NCBI RefSeq assembly: GCF_964204645.1
Contig: NC_134027.1
Coordinates: forward strand, 2,946,485-3,010,484
DNA from: Tubulanus polymorphus
Lineage: Eukaryota; Animalia; Nemertea
Direction of reading: 5' to 3'
DNA: 64,000 nucleotides
Shown: positions 1-11,741 of the stretch, one piece after another
How positions within the stretch are numbered: position 1 is the stretch's first letter
Layout of the letters: each line of letters begins with the position of its first letter
Program-made: the position numbers and the translations under genes
Notes under the pieces: generated by a model
Seen by the model: the letters and a program-made list of their open reading frames with translations, nothing else
What the model was told of the DNA's origin: nothing
Database searches by the model: none

Positions 1-692
1 CCCTAGAAAGAACTGCGCATGATAAAAAACCTCGATAAATCATTAAAACAGAATTACATCGCGACGACATCATTCAGTCCAGTAATCAACTCTGCATTTT
101 AATCAGTGTCAGAAATTTCAATATTCAATTGCCGGACTCAATATGAGGAATGATCAAAAGAGAGTCCAAAAGGACTTCTTTCAAAGGTATTGTAACATAT
201 AAAGGGCATTTTTTATCATTGAAAAGGCAAAGTTGGAGGTGTATAAGCAATAAAGGCCTCGCGTTTGAAAATTTGTGATGGGTTTGATACATTTTACAGA
301 ATTTCCAAGTAGAAAACTTGTCCTTATCCTATCAATTACGCAAACAGAGTTCAAATGATACACTAAAAAAAGTGAAAGAGCTCATTCAGAAAAAGGCAAG
401 ACAAAACATTTGAGGGTCTAAACTACACTAACTGGATCCATGCAGGGAGGGAATACCTCAATCATATTCGACAGACTTATCTAAGAATGACATGAATCTC
501 GTATTGTACATAGTAAAGTCATAATAGCGCCTTCCAGGGAGGTGATCTAATGAATTCAATGGCGCGAAGGAAGCCAACTTATTCACTTGTCATTGTAATC
601 ATTCATACATTCGCGGTAATTACTGCAACCTGGTCACCCTGGTAACCAGTAACGCTTTTCTATTCATTCTTCAGAGAAAAAAGCGTATTGAC

Positions 693-1169
693 GGCAAGTC
701 TCACCAGAGACTGTAGTTACAGCAGGTCAGTAGAGGCAGGTCTCACCAGAGACTGTACCAGAGACTGTAGTTACAGCAGGTCAGTAGAGGCAGGTCTCAC
801 CAGAGACTGTACCAGAGACTGTAGTTACAGCAGGTCAGTAGAGGCAGGTCTCACCAGAGACTGTAGTTACAGCAGGTCAGTAGAGGCAGGTCTCACCAGA
901 GACTGTAGTTACAGCAGGACAGTAGAGGCAGGTCTCACCAGAGACTGTAGTTACAGCAGGTCAGTAGAGGCAGGTCTCACCAGAGACTGTACCAGAGACT
1001 GTAGTTACAGCAGGTCAGTAGAGGCAGGTCTCACCAGAGACTGTACCAGAGACTGTAGTTACAGCAGGTCAGTAGAGGCAGGTCTCACCAGAGACTGTAC
1101 CAGAGACTGTAGTTACAGCAGGTCAGTAGAGGCAGGTCTCACCAGAGACTGTACCAGAGACTGTAGTTA
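693..1169. repeat. Minisatellite, about 10 units of 42 or 54 bp
   Basis: Unit TCACCAGAGACTGTAGTTACAGCAGGTCAGTAGAGGCAGGTC (42 bp). Six units carry an extra 12-bp ACCAGAGACTGT. Units are otherwise nearly identical. Confidence 0.97.
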
Positions 1170-2287
1170 TGGTCTTAGGGTTTACACTATTTGTCTTTGA
1201 TTTTCAATAGCCATTCCAGGGCCAAATATCCACATACAAATAACAAATACTAGGCCAGCATAACTAAAATCACAATAAAAAAATTATCCACATCAAAATT
1301 TCCAAGCCTCGAAAAAATGATTAGGCCGACTAATTTACATAACTTTTCCAGAACTGTGTTCAGTATTTCTGCCTCACAGTTTGTGTGTAAATGAAGTCTA
1401 TCTTCAATTGAATTTAATTGACGAATGAATGTTTTACGATGAAGAATTGATAAATACATAATGATTTTATAGTAAACTCTGTACTTCACAAAATATAAAC
1501 CTTGACATTTGAAGAGTGATTTTCCTTACGAATTGACATTGCCTACGTGACATCAGCAAACTAACAGAGCTTTTTGAGAAACTTTCGATCAATTTTCGAT
1601 TTCCTCTTTTCGCATTTGTCTCTATTGATTCGGGTGCTATTTTTAGCTCAATGATTATCCGTTGGTGGTTATTTATGGCTCGTCGCTGTTCTTAGGTGCA
1701 AACTTGGATCTATGTTTAGCCACAAACCCCTTAAGCTATGCATGAGATAACTGCTGATTGGTGCTGATCGATGGCTTCACCTTAAAATAGTACACAACCT
1801 ACTTATTGGTAATTCACAGGTAAATATGATGATTTATCAATAGGTCTTCATCATAATATGGATAATAGCCTATATGAGATAGATATTGTAGAAGTGACAA
1901 AACTGTTCCGTCCGTATTACTAAGAACTACTCTCGTGATCACTGATCCCAACGGGTATTGTCTTCTGTCAAGTTGCTAAGGGCGTAGGCCAACTCGTGAC
2001 TGCTTGTGACGCGATCGGATGCAACTGGTTGCTACTTGGTGGAATGCGATTGTCAGCGATTGGTGTGCGACTAATCCTGTCAGTCACGAAAGCAGCGTAT
2101 GTCAGCTGAAACCAGGAAGTGCAACTCCTTGCAACAGGGAACCTTCCTATTGATGTATCTCTGAGGGGACCAGTCTCAGTCATGTTGCTATTGGTGTCTT
2201 ATAGAAGACAGTCACTGTCATCTTGATACCGGTATCCTACAGACGACCAGTCCCTGTTCTACTGATACTGGTTTCCCATAGGGGACC

Positions 2288-2685
2288 ATGCTACTACAAC
2301 CAAATCGTAATTGCCCTCACTGTAACGCTGTCGGCGACGAATCCCATTTTCTTTTTTATTGTAAACTGCGGGATAACTTAAGAACTAAATATGATATTGT
2401 AAATCTAAACCTAGACACTTTTCTTTCGGCCTTTACTAATCCAAATAAACCAATCTTCTTAAATATTGCGAAATTTATATATTATGGGCTTGTAAATATC
2501 ACTTAAATAATATCGTATATATATATTACACATTGTATTACTTCTCTCTCCTTTTATTATTTTTCTTTTAGTTCACATCTTTGTGTCACACATTTTTGTT
2601 TTTTGTCTGTTTGTTGTTATTGTTGTTTTTCTTCATTCACAATCTTATACTTTGGATTTATGATGAATAAATTGAAATCGAATCT
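2288..2685 (+). mobile_element. 5'-truncated 3' end of a non-LTR retrotransposon (LINE; L2/CR1/Daphne-like)
   Basis: ORF 2288-2506 reads RNCPHCNAVGDESHFLFYC...LR, the C-x2-C...GDExHFLxxC motif at the C-terminus of many LINE ORF2 proteins. It is followed by a T-rich 3' UTR and an AATAAATTGAAATCGAATC tail at about 2665-2685. No TSD seen. Confidence 0.7.
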
Positions 2686-2917
2686 AGAGAGAAGTAGTTC
2701 AGACTATTTTAAACTTGATTTGTTTTATAACTGAATTCGAGAGCTATAAATAGTTCAACATTTGACGACCTACTTCGAATTTGTGGTGATTCATTGAGCA
2801 CTTTTTGTGGTAAATAAACCAAATCGAGCAACATGTGGGCTTACAATCGATTAGTGATAAACCTTCTACAATATTATACTTCATAAACACACGCATAACA
2901 ACATTATGACATTTCGG

Positions 2918-3126
<209 letters not shown>

Positions 3127-4104
3127 CATATATCAAGGCGTGGTTATAAATACAAAACAATCATTCCATAAATAGACATACAGGAATAAACAACCGAAAT
3201 ATGAAAATTCAATTGTTAAACTTTACAAATATTTGATTAATTGACTGATGAACAGTCTAAATGATCGTCATCTTTACGCGATTACCAAACTGATTGTGAA
3301 ATAAGACAATCAACTTAAAATGGAAATCAAAAGCATAAAAAAGAACCCTTTTTTCGTTTAAGGTTCATACAAAACTGAGCGCTTCAGTTTCGCACAAAAC
3401 TAACATCAATGCTGTAAGTTCGGAATGATCAGTTAGGTATGTTGATATTCAAACAATGAAAAAATGGCCTATCAAATTCAACCAGGGCAGGCTGTCATAG
3501 TCGTCGTCGCCGTGCATTTTTTTTTCTTTATGTATTTTCGCTATAACTTACATTTACGTAGTGATTCGAGCATTAAAGGTAAACCATGCTCCTTAGATTT
3601 ATCCATTTCTTAAAAGAAATTCTCTAAAACCGTGGACCTGCTATCTGCGTCGCACAATTCAGTATAGAGACAAAAACTCTTATAACTAATCATTTCATAG
3701 GTACAAATTTCAACATATCGAATTGTTAACCTAGATATAAAAACACATACACCGCAGACATGCACATACATACACACGCTCACTCAATATCATATTCAAG
3801 CAGACGAATAAAAATTGCTCGGTATAAATCGCTATAGGGCTCTATATAACTTCAGTTATTGAACAATACAAAAAAAACATTTTTCTATTATTAAATTTGT
3901 ATTATTTATCTACAGTCTGACAAAGAGGTGTCAAAATATCAGAAACGCTAACTGGTCATCAGAGCTTATAATACGGGTAGTCACATTTATGACTTGCTTT
4001 TTCCAGACATGCTCGTCGTTTTCCCTGACTTGACCTGTTAAGAATCCATAAAACATAGACAGAAATTGTTTGATTTTCTGCATAATCTAGCAATCTCATC
4101 AAAT

Positions 4105-4290
4105 TTCCGAGACTTTTCCCTGATTTATAAATCTTTTCAAAATTTCCAGACTATTCCCTCACTTTTTTTCAAAGAAAATAAAATTTACTGACTTTTCCCC
4201 TGATTTTTAGATTTATTCTAATTTTTCCTGACTATTCCCTCACTTTTTTCAAAGAAAATAAAATTTACTGACTTTTCCCCTGATTTCCAG
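4105..4290. repeat. Imperfect tandem/direct repeat with TTTTCCCTGA core, possibly internal to a non-autonomous DNA transposon
   Basis: ACTATTCCCTCACTTTTTT(T)CAAAGAAAATAAAATTTACTGACTTTTCCCCTGATTT occurs twice (about 4150 and 4231), plus scattered TTTCCCTGA motifs. Confidence 0.7.
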
Positions 4291-4455
4291 GTAGATGGCC
4301 TCGCTGATAATGTATCATTTTGTTCAAAAGTTGACTGTTGAATAAATACCACAGCATTCGTCGACCTATCGAGCATCGCGTCCTAGATCTCAATAAAATA
4401 CTCCTTATCTTTCATACTTTAATCGTCATTTCAATCGATCTTTCCGTCAACTTAC

Positions 4456-4633
4456 CGAGAGATTTCTTCCCGGTGAAACCGGCGAATAAACTTTTCCGTT
4501 GTTTTTTAACGCTGCGATTCGACTGTAAACGATGATGACGGATTTTCTTGTCTTTCTTAAATGCGGAAAACGCCGAAGAAGAAGGAATCGAGCGAATCGG
4601 AGATATACGTAAATTCTTCAACGCACGTTCCAT
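4456..4633 (-). CDS. Candidate alternative first coding exon of the PCTAIRE kinase gene
   Basis: ATG-initiated basic ORF MERALKNLRISP...FTGKKSL ends at a consensus G|GTAAGT donor (4455). It is 178 nt, phase 1, the same phase as the conserved CDK exon at 12967-13099 on the same strand. No homology evidence. Confidence 0.4.
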
Positions 4634-6255
4634 TATTCAGAGCGAAATATATACAGCCGACTGCGGTCAGGTCGATACGCGAGCATCATCAGTACTTCCA
4701 TATAAACACTTACGAAAATTATGTCAGCGGGATAGATGTAATTATGCTGGTATTATTTTTGGCAACAGTTATTTTTTCATACCGAGTTCAGCGTTCGTAA
4801 ACAATCTGTTTACATTTGCGTAGATGATATGTCATAAATTACGAGGACAAATGCGTTAATGGCTTAATTAAGATAATTGTTTCGGATTCTATTCAAACTC
4901 TAGTAACCTAGTCTTACATCCAGCACGACCAGTCTATCCTCCATCACAGGGGCAGATTCAGTTTTTTTTTTTAGATTAGGGAGGGTTAAAAACCTCCCTC
5001 AGGCTTAGTTGTATATACATGTACATGACACATTGATATGTACAAGCCTTTTAAGTGGATTTTAATGTCCTTCCAAAAGAAAAATTGATCATTTTCTGAT
5101 ATAATTCCAGCTATAATTTGCCAGTTTTGTGTAAATGTTGTGAAAACGTATTGTTCGCTTACACGTTAGTTTGAAAGCTGAACTCCAGATCAGCAGTATT
5201 AGTTCATATCACTTCAACAAGATGGCAGCACTCTGCAGACTACGCGCGGAGGGAAACGTTGTGCGTCACCTGGGTGCGGGATAATGCCTCGCCTCACAAG
5301 AGATAACTAAATACTTAAAAATCAGAGAACGATATCTCGTGAAACATGTGGCCGGAGAGTAGACATCCTAAACATCCGCTATTCATTTCCGTGATATGCA
5401 CGGTTGGTATATGAGTATTCATGTGACTGACCTCCACTGGGGAATCTTACTAACTATAGTTTTACATTAGACCCGGCTCAGAAAATCCAATAAGCCCCGA
5501 CGAAATAATCGGCTCTTATCCAGTTTATTCATATAAACGAGCTATTTTGGAACGGCAGCGCGGATGATTACTAAACACCAAATACTGCTGCCAATACAGC
5601 AGCACATTTGACATAAAATACCAAAAATTAAAGAGATCGAATATTGGGCCCCAAAGATATTTTTTAAATATCAAAGCACTTTTTACTATTGGATCCTTTG
5701 AAAATTCACCTTTGTTTTCTTATGATATTTTACGGGGGACGCGCCTTACTCAAATCATGACTTCTATTCCCATTGACAGTTGGTATCGTTCCAATTTCTC
5801 ATAAAAATGAACCCCGACACAGAAAATCCTGGCTACATCCTCGAGACCATTATGAAACATATGGATGTTTTTAACGACAGAACTTTCACTGAAAATCCAT
5901 TTGTACAAACAACAACAAAAAAACAGAAGAAATCAGAATTCATAAATCTCATCTTAGACTTTTATGGGTTTTTTTTCACTGAACGAAGATGAAAACCGAC
6001 TGTGAATAAACCGAACATGTTTCAAACCGATCTGATTTTTAAGAAGGGAAGATTTGTTTACGCGATTCTAAATTCCTACAGACCTATTTTGTGAATGTCT
6101 AGCCAGCCAACAACATTTGAAGATGATTGAAAACCAATGCGCCCCTGGAGAAATGCGTTTTATATCAAAACCAATCGTGCATCATATGCTATTTTTCTCA
6201 ACATCAATTTCGTGCTTCGAGCTTTCGACGAACGGGAAAAAATTCATACCAAAGC

Positions 6256-6505
6256 CAAGGGCGGATTTAGGAGGGGGTGGACTGGTTCACCCCTTCAAAG
6301 AACATTTTTTAAGAGACCCTGAATATCCAAATATGCCCTGAAAAATGCCAGAAAAACTCTCTTTTTGGTCTGAATTTTCAAATACGTTCTGGGATGGCCC
6401 CAATACTCCTCGCCAGTGCTTTGCAGCTGTGGAGCTCACATGGCCAAATACACCCTTTTCAAATAAATACCCATTCATTAAAAAAAAATCCCAAATCCAC
6501 CCTTG
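6256..6505. mobile_element. Putative hAT-like MITE remnant
   Basis: Imperfect TIRs CAAGGGCGGATTTAGG ... CCCAAATCCACCCTTG about 250 bp apart. TSD not recognisable. Confidence 0.45.
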
Positions 6506-7796
6506 CCAGCATCGAGAATACTAGAGATTTTGCGTCGGTGAATGAATGAGATTTTATCAAAATCAGCGCGATGTATGGATTGTTTTATGATGTTTTGCGC
6601 CGGTGATCTAGCGTTCTAATCCCTGTGGATTTAAACACGTATTTCACGCTTGTCTTAACATAGAGAATACAGAGAATTTATAATGGATTACGGCTACAGT
6701 CTCTTCACTGATCACTTTTAATCAACTAATTTCATCACTTTCTCATATACTCAATTGTTATCCGCTTTCTAATTTAATCCCCTGCTGATTTCCTTCCGTG
6801 TCATCTTTCAAAAACATTTTCGAGAGTGACTGGAGTTTTTAAAGTGGTATTTTCTGCACAGGCTAATATAGTATTCCGTTCATTTTTGGCCCATACTTGA
6901 AATGGACGAATTTAGAATAGACCAAATCATGCTGTGCATTCATCACTGTTTGTATCACTGGTCCAACCAGATGCAAATATCTATTCATACATAGAAAAAT
7001 GGTCCTTACTAAGGAGGGATGGACTAAATTTAGAGCCTTCTAATTAACGTAATGTCTGAAAGGAAATGAAATTGTCAAGCTTAAGTCGATTTAGTGGAGG
7101 AAGCCATCACGACGACGAGAGACGTGGTTTATCAAACACGAAGCCCAAAAATAAGAATCCATTGATTAATGATTGATTGACAAAGATCATGAAAATCAGC
7201 GTTATACGGCAATAAATTTCAAAACGCTCAATAAAATACATCAGAATTACGGCTTAATGGCTGATGTATGAGTAACAGAATAATAAACAACCTCATCGCA
7301 AATAAAATACACTCGTAAAAGAGCTTTCTAAGTAGAGTGGGCTATAAACACCCAACTATTCGACCATATAGTTCCAAAAATCTCACACAAAGAAAAATCC
7401 CTCCAAAATACGACATAATCCGGAAAAATTACTTACTTTCCAACCAAAACATCCCGTAAAACTGTTTCAGTAGATCGCGGCATAGAAAACTAACGCATTC
7501 ATATCCAAAACCTCGTTTATTATTCGATCCTTCCTCGAGTGGATACCAGGAATTATATCAGAAAACTAAGACTATGAACACAAGAGGCAACCACTTATAC
7601 TAACAGTATGCGTATTATACTGTGGCTACAAGCAAGCAGACTCTCAGATGTGATGGTTATTCTTCTATAAACCTCCAGGCATGTTTCGAATGTAAATGTG
7701 AATTTAAAAAAATAATAAATGGCCGAATAAAACACTCTTTATCTAGACATATCTACTCGGTGCAATACAACTTAATTGAGCTTCTTTCAAAACGTA

Positions 7797-8742
7797 TTTA
7801 GCAAGGAGTATTTTTATCTGGAACTGCGGATTGTGTTTTTATGTTTAAATATTGTAATCAATATTTTGCCAGGTCATTTGTAGCTAAGAAAACATATTTG
7901 TAGATTTTTCCTATGTCCATTAATGGATCTAACCCTTAGTCTTTGTCACTTTTACCCGGATACCGTTTTGGCAGCTCAAGTAGGCTGTCTTGTTTATTGA
8001 GTATTTTGTCTACCTAGCGAACTGGCACTATTTTTGAATAAGTGATGTAATAGCAATATAAACAACTCTCAACTCACCTGCCCTCGCAACTAGTTTAGCT
8101 CTCATCAGGTAATTAGTGTCTTAATATGTCATTAAGATTTGGATGAACCAATCGCTAGAAGTTTTGGTCACTAATTTCTTGATGGGAGTGTCTTAATCAA
8201 CTTGGTTTTTGGCAGCACAGATTTGATCACTCTGTGCCTGCTATCCAACTGATTAAGACGTAAAATAAACTGGTATTAACACATAAATTCAATCGTTTGA
8301 ATTTTCAGGTGAGTTACATCCATTTTTCATAGTTAAATCTTATATATGTTTTGGCATAAATGTGTACCTAGGCTTAGCTGAGAAATCAGACCTTTATGTA
8401 ACACGTACATTTGGTACTGAGAGTCAATTTTTATAGATTAGGTATTTAATCTAAAATGACGGCTAATGATTATTTGTTTGTAGAAATAGGCCTTTGTATT
8501 AAGTATGTAGTTAAAGAAAAGTCATTGTAGGACAATCTCAGTTACGATCTGATGAAGTATGAGTAATCAAGTAGTATAATATTCGATTCTATTCTGTGTA
8601 TACTGTAACTAATTATCATAACACTCTGTGCCTGCTATCCAACTGATTAAGACGTAAAATAAACTGGTATTAACACATAAATTCAATCGTTTGAATTTTC
8701 AGTTTTGTAAAATTGGCAACGCGCAAAAAGTCCGTTGCTAAA
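7797..8742 (+). repeat. 5' LTR (946 bp)
   Basis: Starts TTTAGCAAGGA, ends TCCGTTGCTAAA (terminal inverted repeat). TATAAA at about 8057. Internal 81-bp direct repeat containing AATAAA. Confidence 0.93.
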
Positions 8743-8743
8743 A

Positions 8744-8753
8744 TGGTGGAGAA
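8744..8753 (+). promoter_or_regulatory. Primer-binding site, tRNA-Ala type
   Basis: TGGTGGAGAA begins 1 nt after the LTR end and is complementary to the ...UUCUCCACCA 3' end typical of eukaryotic tRNA-Ala. Confidence 0.75.
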
Positions 8754-8828
8754 CCCGTTGCTGAAATGGTGGAGAACCCGTTGCTAAAATGGTGAGAACC
8801 CTTTAACGATTTCCGAAACCTCTCGCAA

Positions 8829-9613
8829 ATGAATCCTCGCTCGGTAGCACAAAACAACGGCAGGATAACAAGATCGACGACTTCGAGGAACGATCCTCTC
8901 TGGAATTTGGCTGTACCGAGCTCTCCGGTACGTCTGCAGCCCGTCGATATACGTGTGCACAGCACGGACAATCAGGAAGCGCACGCGTTAGTACGGGACG
9001 AACAAAGCAATATGCCGAAAGTTAGTTTGGATTATTTTGGCGTCGGCTATGGTACCAATGTACCAGCCTGGTTGGATCGTTTCGACCAATATCTCAGGCT
9101 GAACAACGTACCAGCGGAGAAACACGTCAATGTGTTTTATATCATTTAGGGCACCATGCGGCCAATATCAAGAACAGCCTCCCGGTTGCCGACCAACTAG
9201 ATATCAATAAGTTAAAAGCGGCACTGAAAGAGCGCTTTAGGCCGTTGGAGGACCAGTTGCTTACGACCAATATTATGCAAGCGCAAAACGAGTCGGTGAA
9301 CGATTATCTTAACCGTATCGACATTCTCGCGTCACAATCGTCACTGACCCCGCAACAAATCGTTTCACGGGCAATACAAGGGTTACAGCCACGAATTGCG
9401 GCGACTGTAGCTGGCCATTTGCCCGATAGTATGCCGAAACTGCGAAAAATCGCCCTGACCGTCGAAAAATCAAGCAATTTCGTGCCGTTATCTACACCTG
9501 TTGTAGCCGCTGCTGCAACTTCAACGGATCCTGCTGTGGAGAAATTGCAGGCTCTGACGACCGTCATCGCCGAGCAGTTTCAACAGAATTTGAAAGACAC
9601 CTCCGCTATGTAA
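8829..9613 (+). pseudogene. Retrotransposon gag (capsid), interrupted by a 1-nt frameshift near 9135
   Basis: WLDRFDQYLRLNN..., then in the -1 frame LYHLGHHAANIKNSLP...KLKAALKERFRP...MQAQNESVNDYLNRI (QxxxESVxDYxxR major homology region) ...AIQGLQPRI. Confidence 0.85.
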
Positions 9614-9747
9614 AATGGTCCGATAAATCTCCAAATTCGTGGCAACCTTCTGATAATCTTACCCAGGCGGCCAAGGACGAGTTCTTCCGTACCCACACGA
9701 GACAGGGTAAAACGCGAAAACGAAGGTCCTGTTTCAAGAGATCATAA
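9607..9747 (+). pseudogene. C-terminal half of a chromodomain-like integrase tail (end of pol)
   Basis: A frame absent from the ORF track reads YVKWSDKSPNSWQPSDNLTQAAKDEFFRTHTRQGKTRKRRSCFKRS*, matching the chromodomain pattern Y-x-V-K-W...[ST]-W-[EQ]-P-x-x-N-L plus a basic tail. Confidence 0.65.
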
Positions 9748-10795
9748 CTCGATTTTGCTGTTTCACCTGTGATTGGAGTATTTTTTTTTTTAGGAGTTTG
9801 GCACGAAAGAGACAACTAATATGTGCTATGAGTTGTGCGCACAACTCTCCTTTCGCGTCTCTTGCTTGAAATAGCAGGTGTCATACTCCTAGGTTGAATT
9901 TCTTTTTATTAGGTGGAACGATTTTTCGAATACTGGAATTTGTTGAAGGATTTTTCGTGATTAGTCTCTTCCCTCGGCGAGCTCTGACTTATCTCGTGCG
10001 GGATGTTTCTCTCGTGTCCGCCTGGATCGGGTACAACTTACGCGGTCCGTTAGTTGCCACCCCACACCGGTCAACTTGAATCGTCGTGACAGGTTATCTT
10101 GAATTTTGTGCAATGCGTCTTCAAAGAGAATGAATCTGTGGTTGTCTAGATATTTTGTTGGGTTATTGATTAATTATATTCCGTCAAGGGTTACCTTCAG
10201 TTAAAATACTACATGTCAAGTTTTCGAGTATAATATGGATCTGGCGTACTATTTACCCATGTCATGGAACTTGTATTACTTTCATAGTACAGATCATGGT
10301 ACATAATTATATTATAAACCATTAAAAAAAAAAAAAAAAAAAATGTATATCCGTTTTATAGTATTTTTCAATGCGCCGATGTTGCAGCTAAATGGTGGCG
10401 GTGATTTTTCTGTATCTGTGAATTTTTTTTTGACTATATCTATGATTTGATGAGTATTCCATATTTTTTATATGATAAGGATTGTTAATGTTACTTCCCC
10501 TGGATACGGGTTAATTTTTCTAATATAACAATATCGATGAGTCACTGTCTATTATTAGGGGATTATGTTGATTGTTGCTGATGTTTTGCCATGTATTTAC
10601 CCTTTTTGTATTATTAGAATTATGTAACGGAATACGGATGTAGAACTGATGCTGTGTGATATTGTGTTTAGTAAGTTTTTAGGGATATATTACAGAACTT
10701 ATGTTGGATGAGATGACTTTTTATTTTTACCTCCCTAGGCTTGTGTGTTAATTTTCTGCTTTTGTGGACAAAAGCTTGAATATAGTGTGGGAGAG

Positions 10796-11741
10796 TTTAG
10801 CAAGGAGTATTTTTATCTGGAACTGCGGATTGTGTTTTTATGTTTAAATATTGTAATCAATATTTTGCCAGGTCATTTGTAGCTAAGAAAACATATTTGT
10901 AGATTTTTCCTATGTCCATTAATGGATCTAACCCTTAGTCTTTGTCACTTTTACCCGGATACCGTTTTGGCAGCTCAAGTAGGCTGTCTTGTTTATTGAG
11001 TATTTTGTCTACCTAGCGAACTGGCACTATTTTTGAATAAGTGATGTAATAGCAATATAAACAACTCTCAACTCACCTGCCCTCGCAACTAGTTTAGCTC
11101 TCATCAGGTAATTAGTGTCTTAATATGTCATTAAGATTTGGATGAACCAATCGCTAGAAGTTTTGGTCACTAATTTCTTGATGGGAGTGTCTTAATCAAC
11201 TTGGTTTTTGGCAGCACAGATTTGATCACTCTGTGCCTGCTATCCAACTGATTAAGACGTAAAATAAACTGGTATTAACACATAAATTCAATCGTTTGAA
11301 TTTTCAGGTGAGTTACATCCATTTTTCATAGTTAAATCTTATATATGTTTTGGCATAAATGTGTACCTAGGCTTAGCTGAGAAATCAGACCTTTATGTAA
11401 CACGTACATTTGGTACTGAGAGTCAATTTTTATAGATTAGGTATTTAATCTAAAATGACGGCTAATGATTATTTGTTTGTAGAAATAGGCCTTTGTATTA
11501 AGTATGTAGTTAAAGAAAAGTCATTGTAGGACAATCTCAGTTACGATCTGATGAAGTATGAGTAATCAAGTAGTATAATATTCGATTCTATTCTGTGTAT
11601 ACTGTAACTAATTATCATAACACTCTGTGCCTGCTATCCAACTGATTAAGACGTAAAATAAACTGGTATTAACACATAAATTCAATCGTTTGAATTTTCA
11701 GTTTTGTAAAATTGGCAACGCGCAAAAAGTCCGTTGCTAAA
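10796..11741 (+). repeat. 3' LTR (946 bp)
   Basis: Copy of 7797-8742, preceded by the purine-rich tract and followed by the CGTA TSD. Confidence 0.93.

Larger units (their letters stand above)
7797..11741 (+). mobile_element. Non-autonomous Ty3/gypsy-like LTR retrotransposon (gag plus chromodomain remnant, pol deleted) with TT...AA termini
   Basis: 946-bp direct repeats at 7797-8742 and 10796-11741 with no difference found by eye. CGTA flanks both sides (7793-7796, 11742-11745). PBS TGGTGGAGAA at 8744; purine-rich AGTGTGGGAGAG just before the 3' LTR; gag-like ORFs inside. Confidence 0.93.

Noticed and set aside
688-1200. 170-aa repetitive ORF, or a CRISPR-like array
   Set aside because: Open only because the repeat units are multiples of 3; it starts at TTG. 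There are no unique spacers or cas genes, and the context is eukaryotic.
9125-9150. Programmed -1 ribosomal frameshift in gag
   Set aside because: GTG TTT TAT is not an X XXY YYZ slippery heptamer and lies mid-capsid. Loss of one T from a homopolymer (mutation or sequencing error) explains it.
10325-10343. Poly(A) tract as the tail of a retrocopy inside the LTR element
   Set aside because: No TSD or recognisable upstream element; treated as a simple homopolymer.
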